The position numbers were made by a program, and so were the translations under genes. Under the pieces are notes generated by a model. The model did not search any database, was not told where the DNA came from, and saw only the letters and a list, made by a program, of their open reading frames with translations. Below are positions 1-9,477 of a DNA stretch of 64,000 nucleotides, piece by piece. The stretch is from a virus: positions 4,357 to 68,356 of the IMG/VR virus record IMGVR_UViG_3300033149_001571. One strand, 5' to 3'. The first letter of the stretch is position 1; every line of letters begins with the position of its first letter.

Positions 1-36
1 GACCGCGAACGGCCTCCGCGATCTCGAATCTGTAGC

Positions 37-1410
37 TCATGCGAGAAGATCCCCGCCACGCCCCACCGGAGCGATTCGGCCGATATCTAGATCCGTGGGG
101 ATGGGCCCGATCGTTCTCCCGGAGCCCGGTCCGCGGTTCTTCCCCACGATGTAGCTACGCTCGTCCGGCGCGTCTTCGGGGCGGTCGATTAGAATCACCG
201 CGTCCGCTATGTCTCCCTTCCGCCGCGAGTCTCGTAGATCCTGCGCGGTGGGTTGCTTCTTCCCCTGCCGGTCCTTTAGCTGAGAGCCGGTCACTACCCA
301 GTTCCCATAGTCCACCGCGATCTGCCGGAGACCTTCGTAGACCGTCCCCATAGCTTCATAGAGATTCTTTTCCCTGCCGGTGCCGGAGAGCTTATCGGCG
401 TAGTCCACCAGAAGCACGTCGAAGCCACCGCCGAATTCAGGATGGTCTTCGAGCGCTTGATCTATCAACGCGCGGAGCTTCGAGACCGGCGAACCTTGCG
501 GGAGGTACTCGCAAGCGATAGCGCCCACACTCGGGACCGCTAACATACGATCTAGAGCCGACTTAGACGCCGGGGTGGACTTGCTCACGTCCTCCATGCT
601 GTGACCCGTGATCCACGAGATAATTCGTACCATCGTAGACGGTACGGATTCCTCCGTAGGGACGTAGATAATCCGCTTCCCTGCGAGCCAATTAAAACAC
701 GCGATATGAACCATCATCGCCGTCTTTCCCACGTTCTGATCTGCACCGATCACGGTGAGAGTCTTCGGGAACACGCCGCCCCCTAGAGCGTCGTCTAGCT
801 GATTAATCCCGGTCGCTAATCGGCTCGCTCTGCGTAGCTCTTCGATCCCTCCCCACACGGAGCGGGATAGCGAGACGGAGCCCGTAGCGCTTTCCTTCCC
901 GATCTTCTCCACCGCTTCGATCTCCGCGGCGTAGCGGGTGAGCGGCTTCCCCTTGCCCGCTGCTAGAGTCATATCCGAGAGCACTTGATCTCGCTGGCGT
1001 CTACGAACTACCTCCGCCGCCTCCGCTACTAGCTGGTCTAGGGACCCTACAACGTCCCCGCGGTCTTCCACCTCGTCTAGCATCGCCGCGATTTGATCGA
1101 AGTCCGAAGAGCGTAGCGCTCCCTCTTCGACGCGAGCCTGTATCCGGCGGAGCACGAGGAGAGGATTAGAGGGGCCCTCTCCGCTCTCCCTCGCGATAGC
1201 AGAGCACGCCCGAAGGATCTCCACGCCGCGGCGCTCCCGTAGGCTCTCGGCTTCGAGGTGGGTCCCTATCAGTGACCAGAAGCGCGGGTGGTAGACACAC
1301 GCATGGAGTAGCGAGCGCTCGAATTCCGCGGGCCATGGGTACGGCTCGGGGTTATCGGGATCAATCGGTCGGAGGTGTCTAATCGTGTCGGTCATGCGTT
1401 CCAAATCCAT
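37..1410 (-). CDS. dnaB: DnaB-like replicative (SF4) helicase
   Basis: Walker A GADQNVGKT, Walker B LLVDYAD, SQL motif, DLRDS...ADAVILI and KNRG motifs; directly downstream of the initiator. Confidence 0.85.
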   Translation of the reverse strand: MDLERMTDTIRHLRPIDPDNPEPYPWPAEFERSLLHACVYHPRFWSLIGTHLEAESLRERRGVEILRACSAIARESGEGPSNPLLVLRRIQARVEEGALRSSDFDQIAAMLDEVEDRGDVVGSLDQLVAEAAEVVRRRQRDQVLSDMTLAAGKGKPLTRYAAEIEAVEKIGKESATGSVSLSRSVWGGIEELRRASRLATGINQLDDALGGGVFPKTLTVIGADQNVGKTAMMVHIACFNWLAGKRIIYVPTEESVPSTMVRIISWITGHSMEDVSKSTPASKSALDRMLAVPSVGAIACEYLPQGSPVSKLRALIDQALEDHPEFGGGFDVLLVDYADKLSGTGREKNLYEAMGTVYEGLRQIAVDYGNWVVTGSQLKDRQGKKQPTAQDLRDSRRKGDIADAVILIDRPEDAPDERSYIVGKNRGPGSGRTIGPIPTDLDIGRIAPVGRGGDLLA

Positions 1411-2876
1411 GCCCCACGACGTAGGGCGAGCCGGTCCCTCTTACGCGCCTGAGCCTCTTCGGCTTCGGCTTCGCGTTCTGAATAGTCTACCCCGCGGGGG
1501 AAGTGTCGCGAGACGATCTCCGTAGCTTCTTCGACGCTCGCGGGACGCACGCGGAGAAGCTCCATACGCGCCGCCTGTAGCGCCTCGGAGTGTGCGTCCA
1601 CCTTCTCCCCCGAGAAGACCACGCGATCGAATCTCCGCGCGTCTCGCTTGAATCGCCATAGGCGATCCGCTACCGCCTTCGGACTCGCGAGCGTGAAGAA
1701 CTTAGGGGGGCGCTTCGTTCGCTCGTACTCTTCATCCCACGCCCACGCGAACCACTCCCACGCGCTTACGCCTTCGCCGCGAAGGTGCTTCGCCGCCTCC
1801 GCGATTGAATCGACGCGCTTCCCGGGGCCGCCGTTGTACCGGCGTCCAGTGTGGCGCAGATAGACCGCGCCCCACGCGAGCGCCATAGCGTCCGCGAGCG
1901 CCTTCGCTTCATCCTCCCGGGGTAGCAGCGGCGGGGGCGGGTGCTCGTACCGTGGACGCGGTGAGACGCTCTCCACGACCGCCCACACCTCCGGGGACGG
2001 AGACCACGCGCCGGGAACCACGAGCCGATCACGACCGAAGAGACACCCGGCGCGGACTCCATCCGGCGCGGAGCCGTCCCTGTGGAATCGGAGCGATCGC
2101 CCCTCTTCCGGGGCCCGCTTCGTCTGGCGCTCTGAGAGCCTCTCTAAGAGCCTCGAAGCGGTGCCCGGGTCCGCTGGTACCTCTGGAATGCTAGGAACGC
2201 TCTCCGGCTCTACTGGGTGCCCTCCCGCCGCTGTATCACTCTCAGGGTCGGAGACGCCCGGGGGGCGGAGCCCCTCGGGCGATTCTATGGATTCTTCCGG
2301 CTCTAAAGAATCGGTGCCAGATTCTTTATTTTTATTTCTTGCTCTCTCTCTTGCTCTTGCTCTTGGCTTCGAGGGGGCATCAGAACCGGTTTCGTACCCC
2401 CTTCGATGCCCCTTCGATGCCCCTTCGATGGGGCTTCGATGCCCCTTCGATGGGGCTTCCGCTTCGATGTTCCATGGCTCCCCGTAGCGATCGAAGAAGC
2501 GCAGGTAGAGCGCACTCGATTTAAACGGTGCGATCTGTTTTACGACCCACGGCCGGCGGCGGTCTCCATCCTTGAGAGTCTCCCCCACCTGAAAGCGACC
2601 CATCTCGCGGATCCACACAAGCGAAGCACCTTCGTCACGCTCTAGAAATCCGATCCCTTCGAGCACCTCTAACGCCTTCGAGATCTTGGATTCATCCAGC
2701 CCGGTGTCCGTGCTCGCATACGGTAGCGGGAGCCGGTAGAGCCCGGTGGCTTTCGCGTGGGGGCACGAGATCAGATATAGCGCCACGAATCCCACGATGG
2801 GCCCGGCGTCTCGCATCGCGCGGCCGGTCTCACCCACCCAGAACTCCGGGGCGATCTTCGAGTAGTCTCGGCTCAC
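1392..2876 (-). CDS. Phage replication initiator (lambda O/replisome-organizer-like)
   Basis: N-terminal RDYSKIAPEFW...YLISCPH..TGLYRLP wHTH-type region typical of phage initiators; internal tandem repeats; upstream of DnaB; start placed at GTG 2876 overlapping the upstream TGA. Confidence 0.7.
   Translation of the reverse strand: MSRDYSKIAPEFWVGETGRAMRDAGPIVGFVALYLISCPHAKATGLYRLPLPYASTDTGLDESKISKALEVLEGIGFLERDEGASLVWIREMGRFQVGETLKDGDRRRPWVVKQIAPFKSSALYLRFFDRYGEPWNIEAEAPSKGHRSPIEGASKGHRRGYETGSDAPSKPRARARERARNKNKESGTDSLEPEESIESPEGLRPPGVSDPESDTAAGGHPVEPESVPSIPEVPADPGTASRLLERLSERQTKRAPEEGRSLRFHRDGSAPDGVRAGCLFGRDRLVVPGAWSPSPEVWAVVESVSPRPRYEHPPPPLLPREDEAKALADAMALAWGAVYLRHTGRRYNGGPGKRVDSIAEAAKHLRGEGVSAWEWFAWAWDEEYERTKRPPKFFTLASPKAVADRLWRFKRDARRFDRVVFSGEKVDAHSEALQAARMELLRVRPASVEEATEIVSRHFPRGVDYSEREAEAEEAQARKRDRLALRRGAWIWNA
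2321..2469. repeat. Putative replication origin: five 11-bp iteron-like repeats (core CTTCGATG) plus AT-rich tract
   Basis: (CC/GG)CTTCGATG(C/G) in tandem at 2399-2453, another core at 2462-2469, next to ATTCTTTATTTTTATTTCTT at 2321-2340 inside the initiator gene. Confidence 0.65.
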
Positions 2877-3100
2877 CCTTCCACCTCTTGATCTTGCATC
2901 TCGCGAAGACGGTCTAGAACACGCGAGAGACCTTCTTCGATTGCGAGTCTCAAAACGTGCGAGTGTTTCACGCGGAGCGCTCGGGTCTTTCCTTCTACCC
3001 GTAGGTCTTCGTCCCACGCCTTCTTAACGATTTTATCCGCGGCCTTCGCGGTCCGGGGGGATAGACCTACGGTCACGTACTTGTCTCTGGGTCCGTTCAT
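2873..3100 (-). CDS. Small putative DNA-binding protein (ribbon-helix-helix-like)
   Basis: Short ORF with beta-strand/helix pattern (YVTVGLS...HSHVLRLAIEEGL) heading the replication operon; ATG 3100 preceded by GCGTAAG-N8. Confidence 0.5.
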   Translation of the reverse strand: MNGPRDKYVTVGLSPRTAKAADKIVKKAWDEDLRVEGKTRALRVKHSHVLRLAIEEGLSRVLDRLREMQDQEVEG

Positions 3101-3132
3101 GCTCTCCACTTACGCGGGAAAACTAAACCACG

Positions 3133-3167
3133 AAAAAACCCCGCCGAAGCGCCACACTCCGACGGGG
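3133..3167 (-). terminator. Rho-independent terminator
   Basis: Minus strand CCCCGTCGGAGT-GTGGC-GCTTCGGCGGGG-TTTTTT downstream of the SF2 helicase gene. Confidence 0.65.
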
Positions 3168-3232
3168 AAGAAAGACCGGACGAAGACGCTCGTCCGTATG
3201 TGTGTTCGTTATGGTCTGCGCCTGCGCGGCTG

Positions 3233-4678
3233 TCAAGTGTCGGACCATAGGTCACGCACCACGACGCAGTTGAACCCCTCGCGGCGCATCGCTCGGATTC
3301 TCTCCTTCGCGTGAGCGTGTAGCCACCGGTTACCCTTGTCCCCGATATCGTAGACGATGAATCGATTCTTTCCGTCTGTACGTCGGGAGCCTCTCCCTAC
3401 TTGCTGGAGAGTCTCGATTACCGATTTCCCTCCGGCCGCGTTGATCACGGTGCGAAGCTCCGGGACGTTCACACCTTCCGCGAAGACCTTAGTAGAGATT
3501 ATAAAATCGATCCGCGAGTCTTCGAGGCGAGCTAGAGCGGCGGCGCGTTGCTCCGTGTCTCGGTTCCCGTCCACCACTTCCACGTTGATACCTGCCGCGC
3601 GTGCTAGGTCTCGAAGCGTCCGCGCGTGCTCGATACGACGGACGAAGACCATACCCGGGCTCTCTCCGTCCGCGAGTGTCTTCCGCATCGCTTCCACCAC
3701 GAGACGATTCCTAGGCTTAGAAGACACGATTAACTCTTCGTAGACCTTCCGGTAATCTCCTTCGCTCTCTGGGCTCGCTCTCTGCTCTAGGGGGAGAATC
3801 CGTATCTCCGGCTCTGAGAGCATCCCGGCGTCTATCAACTGCCGCGCGGAGATCTCGTACTCGATAGGACCGATCGCCGCTACCGCCATAAGCGAGCGGC
3901 GGTCCCCTCGATCGAAGGGAGTACCGGAAAGACCTACGCGGTAGGTCGCTCGGGAAAACTCCCGGATGGTCTCGTAGAAGCTACGAGCCGGGGCCGTGTG
4001 GCACTCGTCTACGATCACCCCGTCGATTGAGCGGGCTAGGTCTGCGAAGCGCTGGGAGCCTCTCGCGCGGTGGAGTGTCTGTAGGGTGGAGCACGTGAGC
4101 CGCTCGCCTACCTCCCATCGTCCAGCGCCCACGAATCCCGCCGGCGGTTCGTCGGTCGCGAGCGTCTCCCACCGCTTCGCTACGTCGTCGGCTAGGTTCC
4201 CGCGGTGGACGCAGAATAGCCACCGCCCCGGGATCGCCTTCGCTATCGCTACCGCTACTCTCCCCTTCCCTCCGCCGGTCGGGATCTTGATTACCCCTCG
4301 CCCGTACAGGCTCGCGTTCACGGTAGCCGCTACGATCGCGTCCACCTGATACGGCCTCATGGTTAGGGGCTCCGCTCTGAGTCTCTCCGCGAGCGCCTCC
4401 GGGTCCGCTAGGGTCTTCGTCCTATGGTCGGAGATAGCCAGCCCCATGTTCTGAGACTGAGCCCCCTTAGCCACGAGAGGGATTAGACCTACCGGGAGCG
4501 TCCCTCTCTTGCGCGAGAATAGACGGATCCGGGTAGGGCCCCCGTAGTAGCCCATCCGCTCGCGTCGCTTCGCTTTCGTATCCTCGAAGCTCACGAATTC
4601 ATCTAGCCACGAGAGCGCCTCTTCACTCCCCGTCACTCGTGCTTCGCTCCCGTTCTCGATTACGATTCTAAGATTCAT
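3233..4678 (-). CDS. Superfamily 2 DEAD/DEAH-box helicase (UvsW/SSL2-like)
   Basis: Q motif MRPYQ, PTGGGK, DECH, GLSGTP, EGVNVP, QQVGRGSR. Confidence 0.9.
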   Translation of the reverse strand: MNLRIVIENGSEARVTGSEEALSWLDEFVSFEDTKAKRRERMGYYGGPTRIRLFSRKRGTLPVGLIPLVAKGAQSQNMGLAISDHRTKTLADPEALAERLRAEPLTMRPYQVDAIVAATVNASLYGRGVIKIPTGGGKGRVAVAIAKAIPGRWLFCVHRGNLADDVAKRWETLATDEPPAGFVGAGRWEVGERLTCSTLQTLHRARGSQRFADLARSIDGVIVDECHTAPARSFYETIREFSRATYRVGLSGTPFDRGDRRSLMAVAAIGPIEYEISARQLIDAGMLSEPEIRILPLEQRASPESEGDYRKVYEELIVSSKPRNRLVVEAMRKTLADGESPGMVFVRRIEHARTLRDLARAAGINVEVVDGNRDTEQRAAALARLEDSRIDFIISTKVFAEGVNVPELRTVINAAGGKSVIETLQQVGRGSRRTDGKNRFIVYDIGDKGNRWLHAHAKERIRAMRREGFNCVVVRDLWSDT

Positions 4679-5198
4679 CGCGACCCTCTACTTGATTCCC
4701 CCACACGTCCCACCCGGGACGCTCGCGCCGCGCGAAGATCTCCGCGCGTGGACCGGGGGAGACCCCCTCGATTAGCGCGTAGCTCTCCTCCGGCTTCCTA
4801 GAGTGTTCGGTCCGCTTCACGAGCCCGCCGCCCACGAGACTAGACCACGAGCGGGATTCCGAAGGGAGCCGGCCGCGGATACCGAAGAGCATAATTTCAT
4901 GCTGTCCGCGGAGGTACTGGCCTAGACCGATTGACGTCTTCGCCCATACCGCGTTCGTCACGTACCGGAAGCCTAGGGCCTTCATGACGAAGAGCCCATC
5001 TTCTAGGAAATTATTCGTGACCCATAGCCATAGGTGGCACCCTTCCGCGTGGGGCTGGAAGAGCGGAGAGCGGTAGATCGTGTCCACGATCTGAGGGGTC
5101 TTCATGATCGGGTAGTGACGGTCCGCGCCGCGCTTGTACTTACCGCCCCCGCGCTCGTACCAAGGGGGGTCCGCTAAGATGCACCGGTACCCGCTCAC
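4668..5198 (-). CDS. MT-A70 family N6-adenine DNA methyltransferase
   Basis: ADPPW, HLWLWVTN, GLGQYLRGQHE, HSRKPE, EIFAR..R.GWDVWGNQ. Confidence 0.9.
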   Translation of the reverse strand: MSGYRCILADPPWYERGGGKYKRGADRHYPIMKTPQIVDTIYRSPLFQPHAEGCHLWLWVTNNFLEDGLFVMKALGFRYVTNAVWAKTSIGLGQYLRGQHEIMLFGIRGRLPSESRSWSSLVGGGLVKRTEHSRKPEESYALIEGVSPGPRAEIFARRERPGWDVWGNQVEGRDES

Positions 5199-5758
5199 GC
5201 CGGGGCCCCGATCTGCTCACGGATAACGGCGCGAGCCTTGCGGCACCTGTAGCGCCAGTGATCGTAGCCGCGGCGCTCCGGGTCGGAGTCCGCAAGCTCC
5301 CGCGGTCCGCCTCGAAGGATCCACGAGAGGTTCTCGGAGAACGCCTCCGCCACCACGGCGTCCACGTCTCCTAGAGCTTCGAGCGCTCTCGCGAGCCTAG
5401 CGAGCTTAGAGCGCGTCTCTAGCTGGTGTCCGGGGTCGAAGTACCGCGGAGCCTCTCGGCTCGCTACGGCCGTCTCTGCCGCCTCTCCGCGTACGCTCTT
5501 CGCTTGCTCCGTGTAGGCGTACTCGCGATTCTTCGGAGTGTGTACGGGCTGGATTGTCTGGTAGCTCCAATTGAGTAGCCCGCGGCGGATCGCCCCCTTC
5601 ACATAGGCGCGGCGCGTCCCCTTCTCGGGGTCATAGTGTGGGATCGCTTCGAGAGCGATCCGCCACGCTTCCTGGTTCACGTCTTCCGGGATGAGGCTAG
5701 GCCACGCGCGAGCGTGGTCCCGGGCTTCGTAGGCTACGATCTGAGAGATATCGTCCAT
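5195..5758 (-). CDS. Sigma70-like RNA polymerase sigma factor (region 2)
   Basis: EDVNQEAWRIALEAIPHYDPEKG..RAYV...IR resembles sigma region 2 (DL.QE....L.A...YDP.KG). Confidence 0.6.
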   Translation of the reverse strand: MDDISQIVAYEARDHARAWPSLIPEDVNQEAWRIALEAIPHYDPEKGTRRAYVKGAIRRGLLNWSYQTIQPVHTPKNREYAYTEQAKSVRGEAAETAVASREAPRYFDPGHQLETRSKLARLARALEALGDVDAVVAEAFSENLSWILRGGPRELADSDPERRGYDHWRYRCRKARAVIREQIGAPA

Positions 5759-5768
5759 GGTGTCCCCC

Positions 5769-6614
5769 TTAGTCCTCGTCTTCGACTAGAAGCGCGTGAG
5801 CCATCGTAGCTTGCGTCTGAGAGAGCCGGGCGCGTAGCTCTGGGAGCGCGCGAGACAGGATCCCCTCGTAGGTCTCCACCTTGCTCTGTGCCTTCGTGAG
5901 CGCGTCCACCTTGCTCTGGATCGCGCGCTTGCCCGCGTCTGCTAGTCCCTTCTTCTGGGTAGCGATCACGGTATCGATCTCGTCTACCACCGCGTCTAGG
6001 ACGCCTTCCAGAACCCCCTCCGTCTTCATGGCGGGGATATCGGAGTAGAGCTTGTGGCCCGTCACCTCGCGGAACACGGTAGCCCACGAGCGCCACACGT
6101 CCACGCTACCAGCGGGCACGAAGTAGAAGCCTCCGCCGGGGCGAATGCTCACCGCGTCCAGACGATGAAGAAGAAGCCGCGGGAGCCATAGCGAGAGATC
6201 TTCCGCTACGTAGGTCTCTCGGTAGTGGTCGAAGCCCGCGAGCACACGAGCCGCGTCCGGGTGCTCCGGGTCCGATACCATCGGGGAGCCGCTCTCGCGG
6301 TCGTACCACGCTCGGAGACCCTCCGAGAATCGTAGGTCGCGCGTCTCCGTCTCGCCTACCGTAACGACCACATAACCCCCGCGGGGGTGAGCCTCTACGC
6401 GCCGGCTTCGGCCCGTCGCGAGAGCGTCCACCGCCCGGCGGATCGCTCGCTTCGGGCTCGGGTCTTTCGGCAGAATTGAAGCGTCCAGCCCGTGACGCTT
6501 CGCCGCTTCTCGGAGAGCTTCTACGCTCACCTCCCCGGAGAGACGCCAGTAGGCGAAGACGCCGGTGACGCCGGGGATATCTTGATTCGTTCCCGTGATC
6601 CTGAATTCTCGCAT
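5769..6614 (-). CDS. DUF3150/DUF6744-like phage protein
   Basis: W.LSG, GL....LP..P, GGFYFVP motifs and C-terminal coiled coil; ATG 6614 preceded by GAAAGGAA RBS (the longer ORF extension is only the tandem repeat). Confidence 0.55.
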   Translation of the reverse strand: MREFRITGTNQDIPGVTGVFAYWRLSGEVSVEALREAAKRHGLDASILPKDPSPKRAIRRAVDALATGRSRRVEAHPRGGYVVVTVGETETRDLRFSEGLRAWYDRESGSPMVSDPEHPDAARVLAGFDHYRETYVAEDLSLWLPRLLLHRLDAVSIRPGGGFYFVPAGSVDVWRSWATVFREVTGHKLYSDIPAMKTEGVLEGVLDAVVDEIDTVIATQKKGLADAGKRAIQSKVDALTKAQSKVETYEGILSRALPELRARLSQTQATMAHALLVEDED

Positions 6615-6626
6615 GTTCGATTTCCT

Positions 6627-6720
6627 TTCGTGTGTTCGTTGGTTCGTGTGTTCGTTGGTTCGTGTGTTCGTTGGTTCGTGTGTTCGTTGGTTCGTGTGTT
6701 CGTTGGTTCGTGTGTTCGTT
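6627..6720. repeat. Tandem array of 16-bp unit TTCGTGTGTTCGTTGG (about 5.9 perfect copies)
   Basis: Read directly; fills the intergenic space between the VWA gene stop and the next RBS. Confidence 0.95.
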
Positions 6721-8089
6721 AGCGGGGGATCTTGATCTCCTGCCCCCATGAGACCGGAGCCTTACAGTCCGGAGTGATCAGCCAAATCGTGGGGACGCTG
6801 GGAGCCTTGCTCGGAGCCGGGCCCCCTCCGTCCGTCGCCACGATTACGAGATCCGGGCGCGTCTTACCCTTCGCGCTCTCGGCCTTCTCGAAGATGGGGA
6901 CGAAGTTAGTACCGCCCCCGCCCGTGAGCATATCGCGGACCATGGCGAGCGCGGCGGAGCGTGCTCGGGGGAGCTTCACGGGCTCGCCTTGCACCTTCGT
7001 ATCACACGCGAGCACGTACACCTCCGCGGCGGCTCCGGCGACGGCTAGAAGGTTCCCCACGGCGTGAGCGTGGTCCTCTGGGCTCATGCTGCCGGAGGTG
7101 TCCACGGCGTACCACACGCGGGCCTTCTCGCTCTCGTAGGTGGCGCGGATAGGGTTCCGCGGGTGCGAACCCATGCACGCTTGCCGGCGGTGGGGGCGGC
7201 GGTAGGTCTTACGACCGCCGGCGGCGCGGCGTACCACGGCTCCGGTCTTGCGTCGAAGGACGGCGGCCCACGAAGTGACGGGGGGAGCCAGACGGCCGTC
7301 CGCCCACACGGAGAGAGAGCCCGCGAGACCGCCGGCGGCCTTATCGGCTGCCGATTGCTTCGCGATCTCCCGAGCGCAAGCGTCCCGGGCGGATTCCATC
7401 TCGCTGTCCGTCACCTCCGAGATCTTCGAGCCGTGAGCGTCTGTAGAGCCCGTATCCGGCTCGCCTTCCATCTTCTCGCCCCCTGCACCCTCGCCACACT
7501 CTCCCGAGCACGGTTGCGGCTCTCCGTCGCTCTTACGGGGCTCCCCGTTCTCGTCGGTGGCGGTAGGGTCTTCGGGGAGGAGATCGTAGATCTCCGCGGC
7601 GGACATTTTCGGATCGTGGGGGATCTTCACCTGCGAGCCGTCCGCCCCGGTGAACGTGGTCGCGGGGTACTTCGCGGAGCCCGTGTCCGGGAAGATCCCA
7701 CACGAAGGAAGCTCCCACCCGGCGGCCACCAGCATCCCGTTGATTCGGAGATCGCAAGCGATGTTCCAGCGGCGCGGGCAACGGTCGCCGCGGTGGTGTA
7801 CGTCCTTAAGCATGATGTGGAGACACTCGTGGGCGAGCACTCCGGCGATCACCTCCACACCTTCGGCGCGAGCGAACTTGATCGCGCACCGCGGATCGAA
7901 GAAGAGGCGATTACCAGCGTTAACGCCGGCGGTGCCGCATGGGGCCCACACACATCCGGCCTTCACGAGAATCGGCGCGATGTAGGCTCCGCGGACGCGG
8001 AAGATTATACGAGCCTCGCTCATGATCTCACGGGCCTCTGCGAGGAGATCGGGAGCGAAGGTAGAAGGGGCGGTAGCGGGGGCGGTCAT
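6719..8089 (-). CDS. DUF2201-like protein: N-terminal HExxH metallopeptidase plus C-terminal VWA domain
   Basis: LAHECLH, WNIACDLRIN, MIDAS motif VDTSGSM, GGGGTNF, TDG. Confidence 0.85.
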   Translation of the reverse strand: MTAPATAPSTFAPDLLAEAREIMSEARIIFRVRGAYIAPILVKAGCVWAPCGTAGVNAGNRLFFDPRCAIKFARAEGVEVIAGVLAHECLHIMLKDVHHRGDRCPRRWNIACDLRINGMLVAAGWELPSCGIFPDTGSAKYPATTFTGADGSQVKIPHDPKMSAAEIYDLLPEDPTATDENGEPRKSDGEPQPCSGECGEGAGGEKMEGEPDTGSTDAHGSKISEVTDSEMESARDACAREIAKQSAADKAAGGLAGSLSVWADGRLAPPVTSWAAVLRRKTGAVVRRAAGGRKTYRRPHRRQACMGSHPRNPIRATYESEKARVWYAVDTSGSMSPEDHAHAVGNLLAVAGAAAEVYVLACDTKVQGEPVKLPRARSAALAMVRDMLTGGGGTNFVPIFEKAESAKGKTRPDLVIVATDGGGPAPSKAPSVPTIWLITPDCKAPVSWGQEIKIPR

Positions 8090-8176
8090 CGTTCGGTCTT
8101 CCTTGGGTCGGGCGGGAGTAGTGGCGGCCCGACTCTGGGAGATTAGATCAATCGTGGCGCGAGTACAACTAAAAAA
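8087..8176 (-). promoter_or_regulatory. Sigma70-type promoter plus conserved hairpin leader (copy 1)
   Basis: TTGTAC (8168-8163) N17 TAATCT (8145-8140), T-tract upstream, then GTCGGGCCGCCAC..CGCCCGACCCAAGGAAGACCGAACG-ATG. Confidence 0.75.
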
Positions 8177-8217
8177 CGGGGAGCGATGCGCGCCACACGC
8201 ACCGCCCCCCGGACCGA

Positions 8218-9477
8218 CTACTTAGATTTATTCGCTTTAGCCTTCGCCTTCGCCTTCTTCTCCGCCATGAGCACGGAGAAGAGCTTCTCCACGACGGGAG
8301 CGGCTTCCGTGATCTTATCGGGGCCGAACCCCAGCCCGTCCTTCGCGACGCTTCGAGACATCTCCCGGGCGTACTCGCGGACGAAATCCGCTCCGCCGTA
8401 GGGGCTCTCGATCACCCGGTCCGCGAGAGTCCACCACGCACGGGCGAGATCCTCCCGATCGTCTCCCGTGTAGCTGGCGAGGTATGTCACCGTCGCCCCG
8501 AGCACCGCGTGGGTCTTGTCGAATCGCTCCGTGGGCTCGTAGCTCTCGGGGTCCATGAGAACGCCGCGGGGGGCGGGAAGATCCTGATCTTGCCAGAAGG
8601 AAGCGAAGCGGGCGGCGAGACCCTCCGGGAGAGCGCAGTAAGCTACGAACTCCATTTGACGGGGGGAGAGTCCGTGAATGATCCCGCCGGCGAGAGCGTG
8701 GATAAGATTCGTCCACGAGCGGACGGACGGCCAGCGGTAATCGTCGCCGTCGCTCATGGCGTGCGCGTCCGCCTCGAAGCGGTCTAGGTACTCTCCGACG
8801 ATGGTAACCGCGGCGGAGTACGCCTCCGGCCACGCGGCGAGTACCCGCGCCTCGATCTCCGCCACGTCTTCGCGAACGATCTCCCGCTGTAGGGAAGAGC
8901 GCCGCCAGTGTGTCTTCATGCTGCCCACGGAGGGCGGGACCCAGGGCACGTGTAGGAAGCGGTTCGCGGTAGGGGCCGCGAGCGTGTTCGCGTCCGCGGC
9001 ACACTCGGGGGGGTTACCGATCGCGAAGATGCGGACGTGTCCGGCCACCTTCGTGTCACCGGCGAGACGCTCCGTAAGAAGCGTAAGCGCGGCGGCTTGC
9101 TTATGCTCTGCGACGGAGCCGAACTCATCTAGCCCGATGCAAGCGGACGCGGCGGCGTTCGCCTCTGCGAAGACCGGGCTGGGGAGCTTCGTCATAGCCG
9201 TGCGGGTCTTGTTAGGGACCCCGTAGCCGGCGATCTCTTCGGCGTCATGCTGAGCGAGGCTCATGGTAAGGGAGAGCCCGAAGAGCTTCGAGCCGATCTC
9301 CCGGGTGATACTGCTCTTCGCAGTACCGGGCTCTCCCCACACTGCGAAGGGGATACCCCACACGGTATCGGCACCGGGAGCGGTGTACGCCGGGGTGGTA
9401 AGGAAGCTACGGAGAACTTCGAGAACCTCGTCAGAGGTGAGGGAGTGGGAGAAGCAGAGGGTAGCGGTGTCGGTCAT
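8218..9477 (-). CDS. MoxR-like AAA+ ATPase
   Basis: Walker A GEPGTAKS, Walker B GLDE, GNP sensor, NRF arginine finger, PSVRSW; adjacent to VWA partner. Confidence 0.85.
   Translation of the reverse strand: MTDTATLCFSHSLTSDEVLEVLRSFLTTPAYTAPGADTVWGIPFAVWGEPGTAKSSITREIGSKLFGLSLTMSLAQHDAEEIAGYGVPNKTRTAMTKLPSPVFAEANAAASACIGLDEFGSVAEHKQAAALTLLTERLAGDTKVAGHVRIFAIGNPPECAADANTLAAPTANRFLHVPWVPPSVGSMKTHWRRSSLQREIVREDVAEIEARVLAAWPEAYSAAVTIVGEYLDRFEADAHAMSDGDDYRWPSVRSWTNLIHALAGGIIHGLSPRQMEFVAYCALPEGLAARFASFWQDQDLPAPRGVLMDPESYEPTERFDKTHAVLGATVTYLASYTGDDREDLARAWWTLADRVIESPYGGADFVREYAREMSRSVAKDGLGFGPDKITEAAPVVEKLFSVLMAEKKAKAKAKANKSK

Noticed and set aside
6627-6720. Possible CRISPR array
   Set aside because: Repeats are head-to-tail with no spacers, only 16 bp long, and no cas genes are present
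6615-6749. N-terminal TNTRTNEHTNQRTHE extension of ORF 5769-6749
   Set aside because: It is the translated tandem repeat; a good RBS precedes ATG 6614
7064-8146. 360-aa plus-strand ORF
   Set aside because: Antisense shadow of the VWA gene in GC-rich DNA, with no motifs
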